The notes beneath the pieces were generated by a model. That model did not search any database, was not told where the DNA came from, and worked only from the letters and a program-made list of their open reading frames with translations. Positions 29,605 through 38,717 of a stretch of 64,000 nt of DNA are shown piece after piece. Each line of letters opens with the position of its first letter. Position 1 is the first letter of the stretch. The stretch is from an uncultured Planctomycetota bacterium (GTDB lineage Bacteria; Planctomycetota; PLA2; JAEUHO01), in NCBI GenBank assembly GCA_963752285.1, contig CAVVXN010000005.1:1824001-1888000 (forward strand), in the 5' to 3' direction. A program made the translations under genes and the position numbers.

Positions 29605-31248
29605 ATGGCCGCCAAGAAGAAACCCCGCTCCCGTTCCCGGGCCCGGACCGGCGCCGGCGAGGAGACGCCGCGCCGCGCCCGGCCGAGGAAGCGTGCGGCA
29701 CGGGCGCGGCCGGAGGCGCCGCCGGAGGCCGTGAACGCGAGCCCGCGCGACGCAGCGCCCGACGAGGCGCGAGACGAGGCGGTGGAGTCCGCGACCCGGG
29801 GGGTCGCGCGGTCCGCCGACACGGAGGAGGAGCGCCTCGCCGAGACCGAGGGCGCCGCGGACGGGCCGGGGATCCCGCCCCTGCCCGATGACGAGGAGGA
29901 GCTGGTCCCCCTCGAAGACGAGGAGCCCCCGCCCGCGCGCGACGTGTCGCCCGACGCGTCGGCGCGCGAGGTCCTGGAGGCCGTCCGCCGGGGCGAGGTC
30001 CACGTCTCCGCGCTGAACCGGCTCGACGACGCCGCGGTCGAGGACCTCGCGCGCGAGGTGGGCGTGGAGCCCCGCCCCGGCGAGCGCCGGAGCGAGACCC
30101 TCTATCGACTGCTGCAGCGTCCCGCGGCGCGCCCGCCGGTGGAGAGCAGCTTCGTGGAAGGGCTCCTGGAGCTCCATCCCGACGGCTACGGCTTCCTGCG
30201 CCGGCCCGAGCGGAACTACGTCCAGCACCCGATGGACGTGTACGTGGCGGCGGGCCTCGTCCGCCAGCTCCGCCTGCAGCCCGGGCACTGGGTCAGCGGC
30301 ACGGCGCGACCGGCGCGACCCGGCGAGCCCCTGCTCGCGCTCGCGCGCGTGGAGGAGGTGAACCACGAGGAGATCGACGCGCGCCAGGGGCTCCGGTCGT
30401 TCGAGGACCTGACGGTCGTCTACCCGAACGAGCGGTTCCTCCTCGAGACCGTCCCCTCCGAGATCGAGATGCGGGTCATGGACCTGTTCTGCCCCCTCGG
30501 CCGGGGACAGCGCGCCATCATCACTTCGCCGCCGCGCGCCGGGAAGACCGTGCTCCTCCAGAAGCTCGCGGACGCCATCGCGCACAACAGCCCGAACGTG
30601 GACATCGTCGTCCTGCTCGTGGACGAGCGCCCCGAGGAGGTCACGAACATGCGCCGGTCGGTCCGCGGCGAGGTCATCGCCTCGACCTTCGACCGCCCGG
30701 CGGCCAACCACGTGCGCATCGCCGAGCTCGTGATGGAGAAGGTGAAACGGATGGTGGAGTTCGGCCGACAGGTCGTGCTCCTGCTCGACTCGATCACGAG
30801 GCTGGGGCGCGCGTACAACAACCTCGCCGGGCCCAGCGGTCGCATCCTGACGGGCGGCCTCGAGGCGAAGGCGCTCACCAAGCCGAAGCGTTTCTTCGGC
30901 GCCGCACGCAACATCGAGGACGGCGGCAGCCTGACGATCGTGGCCACGGCGCTCGTCGACACGGGCAGCCGCATGGACGACGTGATCTTCGAGGAGTTCA
31001 AGGGCACGGGCAACATGGAGGTGGTGCTCGACCGGAGCCTCGCGAACCAGCGCATCTGGCCGGCCATCAACATCCCCGCCTCCGGCACGCGGAACGAGGA
31101 TCTGCTCCTGCACCCGGAGGAGCTCCGCCGCGTGAACCTGCTCCGTCGCGCGATCTCGGCGCACTCCCCGCCCGGCGCCATGGAGGCCATCATCGACCTC
31201 ATGCGTCAGTACAAGACGAACGCCGAGCTCCTGATGTCGCTGGGGTAG
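29605..31248 (+). CDS. rho: Transcription termination factor Rho with disordered N-terminal extension
   Basis: DGYGFLR, PLGRGQR..PPRAGKT, DERPEEVT, LDSITRL, EEFKGTGNME. Confidence 0.98.
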   Translation: MAAKKKPRSRSRARTGAGEETPRRARPRKRAARARPEAPPEAVNASPRDAAPDEARDEAVESATRGVARSADTEEERLAETEGAADGPGIPPLPDDEEELVPLEDEEPPPARDVSPDASAREVLEAVRRGEVHVSALNRLDDAAVEDLAREVGVEPRPGERRSETLYRLLQRPAARPPVESSFVEGLLELHPDGYGFLRRPERNYVQHPMDVYVAAGLVRQLRLQPGHWVSGTARPARPGEPLLALARVEEVNHEEIDARQGLRSFEDLTVVYPNERFLLETVPSEIEMRVMDLFCPLGRGQRAIITSPPRAGKTVLLQKLADAIAHNSPNVDIVVLLVDERPEEVTNMRRSVRGEVIASTFDRPAANHVRIAELVMEKVKRMVEFGRQVVLLLDSITRLGRAYNNLAGPSGRILTGGLEAKALTKPKRFFGAARNIEDGGSLTIVATALVDTGSRMDDVIFEEFKGTGNMEVVLDRSLANQRIWPAINIPASGTRNEDLLLHPEELRRVNLLRRAISAHSPPGAMEAIIDLMRQYKTNAELLMSLG

Positions 31249-31496
31249 GCGACGGACACGCGCGGCCGGCGCCGGAGTCCGGGCGCTCCGCGCGACGCGG
31301 CGGACCGACCGCCCCTCGGGGCCGGCCCGAGCATGCGCGTCACGAAGGACGCGCGCATTCGCGTCGGATGGGGTCCCCGCGGGGAACCGGGTCCTCAGGC
31401 GTGACGCCCGCTACGTCGGGGAATCCGCGCCCGGGGAGGGGCCGCGGACGGCGTCGAGGCGAGGGGAACGGGTGACGGTTCGTCCCGGAAGGGACC

Positions 31497-32069
31497 TCAG
31501 TAGCCCAACGCGCGGTAGTGCGCGCGCCACGCCAGCACCTTCGCGACGTGGCGGCGCGTCTCCGCGTACCCCTCGGCCATCACGACGCCGAGGGAGGAGA
31601 GTGTCGGGGCCCGCGCCCGCCAACGGTCCACCGCGGTCGGCCCGGCGTTGTACGCCGCGAGGGCGAACGCCTCCTCGCCGTCGTAGCGGGCGAGGAGGCG
31701 GGCGAGGTAGGCCGCGCCGAGGTCCAGGTTCACGGCCGGCGCCTCCCACCGCCCGGCCTCCTCCTCGGAGAGACCGATCCGGCGCGCCTCTTCGAGCGCG
31801 GTCCCGGGCAGGAGCTGGAGCAGCCCGCGCGCGCCGCGCGGACTCGTCGCGTCCGCGCGGCCGCCGCTCTCGACCGCGACCATCGCCGCCAGGAGCGCGG
31901 GGTCCACGCCGCGCGCGCGCCCCACGCGGGCCAGGTCGCCGCGCCACGCCTCGAGGTCGGGCGGCGAGGAGAGGCGGGCGCCGGCGAAGAACCCGCCGAG
32001 CAGGGCGGCGCCGACGAGGGCCGCCGCGAGGACCGGCGGCACGCGCAGCCGTGCGCCGGAGGGGCGCAT
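31497..32069 (-). CDS. Minimal SLT-domain lytic transglycosylase with N-terminal anchor
   Basis: VESGG, GARGLLQL, AAYNAG, ETRRHV; ATG overlaps the upstream TGA. Confidence 0.9.
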   Translation of the reverse strand: MRPSGARLRVPPVLAAALVGAALLGGFFAGARLSSPPDLEAWRGDLARVGRARGVDPALLAAMVAVESGGRADATSPRGARGLLQLLPGTALEEARRIGLSEEEAGRWEAPAVNLDLGAAYLARLLARYDGEEAFALAAYNAGPTAVDRWRARAPTLSSLGVVMAEGYAETRRHVAKVLAWRAHYRALGY

Positions 32070-35000
32070 CAGCGCCCCGGGGCCTCGCCGCCGCCCACAC
32101 GCGACCACCAGCGCGCCCAGCGGTCCGCGACGCGGATCGCGTCGCGCTGCGAGGTGGTGCGCCCGACCTCGCCGAAGTCGAGGCCGGTGATGCGGCGGAG
32201 GGCCACCGCCGCCCCGCGGCGGATCAGCGCGTCGTCGTCGCGGAGCGCGCGGACGAGCAGCGGGACGGCCGACGGGTCGGACCCGCCCTTCACGTACGGC
32301 TCGAGCGGACCCGCCTCGTATCCGCGTCGGCGCAGCGCGTCGCGGAACCAGGTGCGGTCCGGCTCCTTGCCCGCCTGGATGCGCGCGCTCGCGTACCACG
32401 ACTCGTACTGCTCGGCGACGAGCGCGTGGCTCGCCATCTGGAAGCGGACGAGCGTCACGTCCTCGAGGGCGTGGATCGCGTCCTCGGCCCGGTCGGAGTC
32501 GGCGCCCCGGACCACCGCGATGAGGTACGGGACCGAGGTGCCGAGGTTCTGGCCGGCGAGCGCGAGGGCCGCGGCGCTCGAGACGCGCGGGTCCTTGTCC
32601 TCGAGGTACGAGGTGAGCACCTCGCGCACGACCGCGCCATCGAACCGGCCGAGCACCTGCACGAGACGCTCGCGACGCGCGGCGTCGGACTGCCCCTCGG
32701 TCAGCGCGCGGACCACGCCGTAGCGGGCCTCCTCGGTGCCGAGGCCCGCGAGGGCGTCACCGGCGGCCTTCTCGACGGCCGCGTCGTCGTCCTTCAGGAG
32801 ATAGAAGGTGAGGAGGTTCACGGCGTTCTTGTGACCGGTCTTCGCGATCGAGGCGAGCGCCGCGGCGCGGAGCGGAGCCTTCGCCGGGCCGCGCTCCTCG
32901 GCGAGCATGAGGTTCAGGAGCGGGTACGCGTCGTCGGCGCGGACGTCGCCGAGGCCCTCCGCCACGGCGAGCCGGACGGACGCGTCGCCCTCCTTGTAGA
33001 TCTTCTCGAGCGTCGCCATCGCGTTCTCGTCGCCGAGGTGGTGCAGGCCGACCGCGGCCTCCACGGCCACGTGTCGGTCGGCGTCGCCCTCGAGCACCTC
33101 GAGTCCGGGGCTGAGCGCGTCCCCGATGGCGGCGAGCCCCGACGGGTCCTTCGCCCGCGTCGCCTCGACCAGCGTCCACGCCGCGCGCGCGGCCGCGGTG
33201 CGCATCGGCGCGCGCGTGTCGGCGAACGCGTCCTTGATCTCGGCCACGCCTCCCGCCGCGAGGAGGTTCGCGAGGAGCTTCGCCGCCGCCGGCTCGGAGC
33301 GGACGGCGAGGGCTTCCGCGAGCTGGTGGCGCACCGGGCCCGCGGCCGGCTCGGCCAGAGCGAAGCGGACCGCGCGGTCCTCGACCTGGCCGAACGCCGG
33401 CATCGAGGTCGCGGCCACGACCAGGTCGCGCGTCTCGCTCGTGGTGAGCGTGCCCGCCTGGGGGTCCTCCGCCTGGAGGTCCTCGAGGAGGTCGAGCGCC
33501 TCGGCACGCTCGGCGTCGCCCGCCAGGTCGTCGAACGAGGCGACGACGGACGCGCGGAGGAGCTGGCGACGGTCGGACGGGTCGGCCTGCTCGAAGATCC
33601 CGACGTTCGTCGTCCACCACGCGTGGGGGTCGGGCCACTGGTCGGTATCGCGGTACCGCTGCCAGCGGTTCGCCTCGGCGAGCGAGTCGAAACGGAGGCG
33701 CAGGAGCGCGTAGCGTGCGTCGGACGCGGGCACGAGCATCCGCCGGAGCTGGTTCCCCACGCCGAGCGAGATCAGGAGGTGCTCGTCGGCGCTCGGCTTG
33801 GTCACGGCCTCCGCCGTGAAGATGCCCGCCTCCTGGATCGCCTGGACGAGCGCGAGGTACACGCTGCGCTTCAGCACGATGTCGCCGTCCGAGATCGTCC
33901 CGTCCTCGGGCCGGAACGCGTAGTGGCGCCGGCGCCCGTCCTCGTCCACGGTTTCGAGGAGGACGCGTGAGATCGGGAGGTCGTGCTCCGAGATCGACGC
34001 CAGGGGACGACGGGCCTGGAAGTGGTCGCGCTCGCCGCGCCACCACGTGGCCCACGCGACGGCGGTCGCGGGGAGGTCTACGCCGGACAGGCGCCGAAGG
34101 GCGGCGAAGACCGGGTCGGCCAGGCTCGAGAAGTCGCGGAAGTGGGACCCGCCGATGGTGTCGACGAGCACGTCCACCACCGTGCGGTCGAGGAGCGCGC
34201 GGACCGACTCGTCGGCCGCGTCGCCGGCGCCGTAGGCGAGGGCCACGGCCGCCGCGCCGCGCGGGAGCCGCTCGGGATGCAGCAGCCCGCGGCGTCCCGC
34301 GAGCTCCGAGAGCGTCTTGGGCTCGAACGGGTTCATGTCGCGGGTCCGCGCGACCTCGACGAGCGCGAGAGCCGCGTAGGCCCGCTCGCGCGGCATGCCC
34401 TCGACGGCCAGCTCGTTCAGCTGGTGGATCACCGCGTCGTCCGCGTGCAGCGCGAGGAGCACGCTCGCGCGCCGGGACACGTCCGGGTCGAGGTCCGACA
34501 GCGCCTGGACGAGCCGGGGCGTCGCGTCCTGGACCCCGGCCGGGCCGAGCAGTCTCAGTCCCGCGATGCGCACGCCCGGCTTGTCGGCGTCGAGCAGGAG
34601 CAGCACGCGCGGCGCGTCGCTCGCGTCCACGTGCGTCACGAGGAACTCGGTGGCCTTCTGTCGGAAGACCGGCCGGTTCAGGGTGAGGAACGAGAACAGC
34701 CACTCCTTCGTCTTCGCCGGGTCGAGCGCCCACGCGGCCTCGAAGAAGTCCTCCGCGCGGCTCCCGTTCTCGCGACGCGCGGCAGTCCGCAGGATGATCT
34801 GGATGTGGGCCGGCTCGCCGAGGCGTCCGATCACCCACGCCGCGCCGGGCTGCGCCGCGCTCTCCTCGCCGTTCAGGATCTCGAGGAGGCGGGGCAGGAC
34901 CTCGGCGCCCCGGAGCAGCAGCGACTCGGCGGCGCGCACGCCCGCACGGTCCGGCCACTGCGCGAGACCCTCGACGTCGGCGCGGTACGGGTCGTCTTCC

Positions 35001-35170
35001 GGCGCTGGGACGGGCGCGGGGGCCGGCGTGGTGCGCGGGGGGGTCGTCGGGGCCTGGCCGGGGGGCGGCCCGAAGTCCATCCCGGAGCCACGGGCGAACG
35101 CGGGCGACGTGCCCGCGAAGAGCCCCAGGAGGAGCGTTCCGACGCACGGGAAGAGGAGTCGTCGCACCAT
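32069..35170 (-). CDS. Exported HEAT-repeat protein (about 1030 aa)
   Basis: Signal peptide MVRRLLFPCVGTLLLGLFAGTSPAFA; many HEAT units (LVQALSDLDPDV, VRLAVAEGLG, LVRALRDDDALIRRGA..LRRITG). Confidence 0.85.
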   Translation of the reverse strand: MVRRLLFPCVGTLLLGLFAGTSPAFARGSGMDFGPPPGQAPTTPPRTTPAPAPVPAPEDDPYRADVEGLAQWPDRAGVRAAESLLLRGAEVLPRLLEILNGEESAAQPGAAWVIGRLGEPAHIQIILRTAARRENGSRAEDFFEAAWALDPAKTKEWLFSFLTLNRPVFRQKATEFLVTHVDASDAPRVLLLLDADKPGVRIAGLRLLGPAGVQDATPRLVQALSDLDPDVSRRASVLLALHADDAVIHQLNELAVEGMPRERAYAALALVEVARTRDMNPFEPKTLSELAGRRGLLHPERLPRGAAAVALAYGAGDAADESVRALLDRTVVDVLVDTIGGSHFRDFSSLADPVFAALRRLSGVDLPATAVAWATWWRGERDHFQARRPLASISEHDLPISRVLLETVDEDGRRRHYAFRPEDGTISDGDIVLKRSVYLALVQAIQEAGIFTAEAVTKPSADEHLLISLGVGNQLRRMLVPASDARYALLRLRFDSLAEANRWQRYRDTDQWPDPHAWWTTNVGIFEQADPSDRRQLLRASVVASFDDLAGDAERAEALDLLEDLQAEDPQAGTLTTSETRDLVVAATSMPAFGQVEDRAVRFALAEPAAGPVRHQLAEALAVRSEPAAAKLLANLLAAGGVAEIKDAFADTRAPMRTAAARAAWTLVEATRAKDPSGLAAIGDALSPGLEVLEGDADRHVAVEAAVGLHHLGDENAMATLEKIYKEGDASVRLAVAEGLGDVRADDAYPLLNLMLAEERGPAKAPLRAAALASIAKTGHKNAVNLLTFYLLKDDDAAVEKAAGDALAGLGTEEARYGVVRALTEGQSDAARRERLVQVLGRFDGAVVREVLTSYLEDKDPRVSSAAALALAGQNLGTSVPYLIAVVRGADSDRAEDAIHALEDVTLVRFQMASHALVAEQYESWYASARIQAGKEPDRTWFRDALRRRGYEAGPLEPYVKGGSDPSAVPLLVRALRDDDALIRRGAAVALRRITGLDFGEVGRTTSQRDAIRVADRWARWWSRVGGGEAPGR

Positions 35171-35321
35171 GAACCCTCCACTGTCCCACGTACGCAGGGT
35201 GCGGTCATCCACGCGTCATCCGGCCGAGGCGAAGCGGATCGCCGGACGGGAGGGGGGACCGCGCCGGGCCGATTCGTGACGCGGGCGTGACCCCTCGCGT
35301 CCGACCCGGGTCTCCGTCCGG

Positions 35322-37430
35322 TCATCCGCCCTCGAGGTCCCCGCCCGCGCGGACGAGACGCGTCGCGAGGAGCGCGGCGAGACCGGCGTGCTCGGCGCGC
35401 TCGAGCGCGGGGTCCTGCCGGAAGAGGAGGGCCGCCTCGCGACGCGCGGCGTCGAGGATCGGGAGGTCCCGCGGGAGCCGCGCCGCGACGAAGCCCGCGT
35501 CGCCGTGCTGCCGCGTTCCGAACACGTCGCCCGTGCCTCGGAGCCGCAGGTCCTCCTCCGCGATCTCGAACCCGTCGTCCGACCGCGCGAGCACGGCGAG
35601 CCTCGGCGAGGGCTGCTCCTTCGACCGGTCCACGAACACGGCGAGGCCGCCTGCGGTGCCACGTCCGACGCGGCCGCGGAGCTGGTGGAGCTGGGAGAGG
35701 CCGAACCGCTCCGCGTGCTCGACCACGAGCAGCGTCGCGTTCGGGACGTCCACGCCCACCTCCACGACGACGGTGGCCACGAGCACGTCCACGTCGCCCG
35801 CGCGGAACGACGCCATGACGTTCTCCTTCTCGGCGCGCGCGAGACGCCCGTGGAGGAGGCCCACCCGCGCCTTGGGAAGGGCCCGCGCCCACGCGTCGCG
35901 CCCCTGCACGGCGTCTCGAAGGCCCACGCGGTCGCTCTCCTCCACGAGCGGGTAGACGACGAACGCCTGCCGGCCCGCCGCGAGCTCGTCCTGCACGCGG
36001 TCGAACACGCGGGGGCCGTCGGTTGGCCGCACGACCCACGACGTGACCGGACGTCGGCCGGGCGGACGCCCCTCGACGACCGAGAGGTCGAGGTCGCCGT
36101 ACACCGCGAGCGCGAGGGTCCGCGGGATCGGCGTCGCGGTCATGACGAGCGTGTGCGGGTGCCGGATCGTCGTCCCTCCCCCCTTCCGGGCGAGGTCGTG
36201 GCGCTGTCGCACGCCGAATTTGTGCTGCTCGTCCACCACGACGAGCGCGAGGCGTCGGAACCGGACGTCCTTCGACAGCACGGCGTGCGTACCGATCACC
36301 AGGTCGGCTTCGCCGGCGGCGATGCGCCCCAACGACGCTTCGCGCGCCTTCCCGCGCCGCCCCCCGAGCAACGTCTCCACGCGGACCCGGCTGCCCTCGA
36401 GAAGCGCGAGGAGCGTGTCGGCGTGCTGGCGCGCGAGGATCTCCGTCGGCGCCATGAAGGCGCCCTGCGCGCCGGCCGCCACCGCCGCGAGGAGCGCGTA
36501 CGCGGCGACCGCGGTCTTGCCGCTCCCGACGTCGCCCTGTACGAGCCGGTGCATCGGCCACGGCCGCGCGAGGTCCTCGACCACGTCCCGGACGACGCGT
36601 TCTTGCCCGGGCGTCAGCGCGAACGGCAGTCGGCGGCGGATGCGCTCGTCCACCCGCGCGTCCACGCGGATCGGCTCGGAGAGGTCCAGGCGCCGGCGCG
36701 CGCGACGGCGCTGGAGGAGCACCTCGTGCACGAGGAGTTCGTCGAACGCGAGCCGGCGGCGCGCGGCCTCGGCCTCGTCGAGGTCCGCCGGGAAGTGGAG
36801 CACCTCGAGCGCACGCGCGAGCGGGACGAGGCCCTGGCGGCGGCGAACCTCCTCGGGCACCGCGTCGTGGACGGCGACGGCCGCGCGCGTCGCCTCCCAC
36901 GCGGCGCGTCGGACGAAGGGCGCGCTCAGGCCCTTCGCGAGCGGGTGCACCGGAACGATGCGTCCCGCGCCGGGCACGCGGTCGCCGCCCGTGTCGTCGG
37001 CGGGGAGCGCCTCGAGCGCGGGACCGACCAGCTCCACGGTCCGTCCCCGGGCCTTGACCGGGCCGTAGAGCGCGACCCGCGCGCCGACGGCGAGCGGCCG
37101 CCGGACGAACCCGCGCTGGAACCAGCGGACGCGGACCGCGCCCGTCTCGTCGGCCACCACGCCCTCGAGGATCGACAGGCCGCGCCGCGCGCGAAACGAC
37201 CGCGAGGAGACGACCGTCCCGACGACGAGCACCGTCTCGCCGTCGGCGAGCCGCGCGACGGGCGTCGGGTGGCGGCGGTCCTCGTACCGGCGGGGCGCGA
37301 GCCGGAGCAGGTCCTCGACCGTGGCGACCCCGAGCGTCTGAAACGCCGCCCGCTTCGCCGGCGTCACGCCGGAGAGGACGCCGACGTCGTCCTGTGGCCG
37401 GGGGACGACGTGGCTCGTCGTCCGGCTCAT
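35322..37430 (-). CDS. recG: ATP-dependent DNA helicase RecG
   Basis: PRRYEDR, QGDVGSGKT, DEQHKFG, MTATPIPRT, QLRGRVGRG, DLRLRG. Confidence 0.97.
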   Translation of the reverse strand: MSRTTSHVVPRPQDDVGVLSGVTPAKRAAFQTLGVATVEDLLRLAPRRYEDRRHPTPVARLADGETVLVVGTVVSSRSFRARRGLSILEGVVADETGAVRVRWFQRGFVRRPLAVGARVALYGPVKARGRTVELVGPALEALPADDTGGDRVPGAGRIVPVHPLAKGLSAPFVRRAAWEATRAAVAVHDAVPEEVRRRQGLVPLARALEVLHFPADLDEAEAARRRLAFDELLVHEVLLQRRRARRRLDLSEPIRVDARVDERIRRRLPFALTPGQERVVRDVVEDLARPWPMHRLVQGDVGSGKTAVAAYALLAAVAAGAQGAFMAPTEILARQHADTLLALLEGSRVRVETLLGGRRGKAREASLGRIAAGEADLVIGTHAVLSKDVRFRRLALVVVDEQHKFGVRQRHDLARKGGGTTIRHPHTLVMTATPIPRTLALAVYGDLDLSVVEGRPPGRRPVTSWVVRPTDGPRVFDRVQDELAAGRQAFVVYPLVEESDRVGLRDAVQGRDAWARALPKARVGLLHGRLARAEKENVMASFRAGDVDVLVATVVVEVGVDVPNATLLVVEHAERFGLSQLHQLRGRVGRGTAGGLAVFVDRSKEQPSPRLAVLARSDDGFEIAEEDLRLRGTGDVFGTRQHGDAGFVAARLPRDLPILDAARREAALLFRQDPALERAEHAGLAALLATRLVRAGGDLEGG

Positions 37431-37864
37431 CGGGCCCCGCGCGGGCGAAGCACCCACGCGTCCGGGTGGAGGCGCCGGATCCGTTCGAGGCGGGCGTCCC
37501 GCTCCGGACCCGGCGGCAGTGCGCTCGCGATCTCCCACGCCGCTCGGCCCGCCGCGGGGGTGTCGGGGTCGGTCCTCGCGAGGTCCTCGAGCAGGTCCCG
37601 GTCCCCGAGCGACAGCGCCAGGAGGAGGCGCGCCTCCGCGTCGTCCTCGGCCCAGAGCGACGAGCGACGGACCTCCCGCGCGGCCGCCGCGGCGGCCGCG
37701 AGGTCCCCGCGCTCGTACAGGGCGAGGGCGCGCTCGAGGAGGGCCGGGCGGTCCCGCGGGGACGCGAGGCGGGGGGTCGCGAGCCGCCCCCGAGCGACGT
37801 AGCCGAGCGCCGCGCCGCCCGCCGCGGCGACGAGGAGGCCGAAGAGGAGCGGGATCCGGCCCAT
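37427..37864 (-). CDS. Small membrane-anchored TPR-like protein
   Basis: TM MGRIPLLFGLLVAAAGGAALGY, helical repeats; ATGA-coupled to recG. Confidence 0.65.
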   Translation of the reverse strand: MGRIPLLFGLLVAAAGGAALGYVARGRLATPRLASPRDRPALLERALALYERGDLAAAAAAAREVRRSSLWAEDDAEARLLLALSLGDRDLLEDLARTDPDTPAAGRAAWEIASALPPGPERDARLERIRRLHPDAWVLRPRGAR

Positions 37865-37934
37865 CGTCGAACGCGAGGGTACGGCGCGGCGGCGACGGCC
37901 GGGAGGCTCGGACTCGGACTTGCGCGGATTTTGC

Positions 37935-38027
37935 GAACGGCGACCCTGGCCGGTGCGTAGGTACTCGATAGAGCCGGCGGGTCGAGGGGCCCTCGATGGG
38001 AACTCCCCCGCACCCGCCTGGGTCCAA
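37935..38027 (+). promoter_or_regulatory. ECF-type promoter motifs upstream of the ECF sigma gene
   Basis: GAAC-N17-CGTA (37935-37959) and GGAACT-N17-GTCCAA (37999-38027). Confidence 0.45.
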
Positions 38028-38029
38028 GG

Positions 38030-38641
38030 ATGGCGGAAACCACCCCCAAGCCCTCGTCGAGCGACCCGGACCTCCAGGAGCTGGAGGCCTTCCGGCGCGG
38101 CGACACGGGCGCCTTCGACCTGCTGGTCGTCCGCCACCAGGACCGCGTGTTCCGGCTGGCGCGACGTCTCCTGTCGGACGCGGAGGCCGCCCTGGACGCC
38201 GCCCAGGAGACCTTCGTCAAGGCCTGGCGGGCCCTCCCGCGCTTCGAAGGGAACTCGCGATTCTCCACGTGGCTCACCCGCATCGCCATCAACCAGTGCC
38301 GGAACGAGCTGCGACGCCGCCGCACCGTGAAGCACGCGCGACCGCTCTCCCTCGACGCCCCGATCGGGACCACGGATCACCCGCGGACGGAGCTGATCGC
38401 GGACGGCTCGCCCGAGCCCTGGGAGGTCGCACGCGGACGCGAGGTGGGCCGGTCCATCCGCCTGGCGCTCCTCGACCTGGAGCCGGAGGCGCGCGAGGTG
38501 CTGGTGCTGCGCGAGGTCGAGGACCTCTCGTACGAGGAGATGGCCGAGGTGCTGGCGGTGCCCGTCGGCACGGTTCGGAGTCGGCTGCACCGCGCGCGGG
38601 CCGAGCTCAGACGCCGCGTGGCGCCCGTCCTCGACGGGTGA
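38030..38641 (+). CDS. ECF sigma factor (RpoE/SigW-like)
   Basis: DAAQETFVKAW, FSTWLTRIAINQC, LSYEEMAEVL..GTVRSRLHRAR. Confidence 0.95.
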   Translation: MAETTPKPSSSDPDLQELEAFRRGDTGAFDLLVVRHQDRVFRLARRLLSDAEAALDAAQETFVKAWRALPRFEGNSRFSTWLTRIAINQCRNELRRRRTVKHARPLSLDAPIGTTDHPRTELIADGSPEPWEVARGREVGRSIRLALLDLEPEAREVLVLREVEDLSYEEMAEVLAVPVGTVRSRLHRARAELRRRVAPVLDG

Positions 38642-38717
38642 GACCGCCCGCCCCCGAGCCCCCGCGCGGACGCACGATCAAGCCCTGGCCCGACGAAGCC
38701 TCGAAGGCGCACCCGTA

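Noticed and set aside
31250..31496. Possible ncRNA (SRP-like GGAA tetraloop GTCCC-GGAA-GGGAC) between rho and the SLT gene; short words shared with the rpsB-tsf spacer
   Set aside because: Lacks the SRP CAGG/AGCA internal loop. The shared 11-14-mers are almost all G/C and in different order, so chance is plausible.
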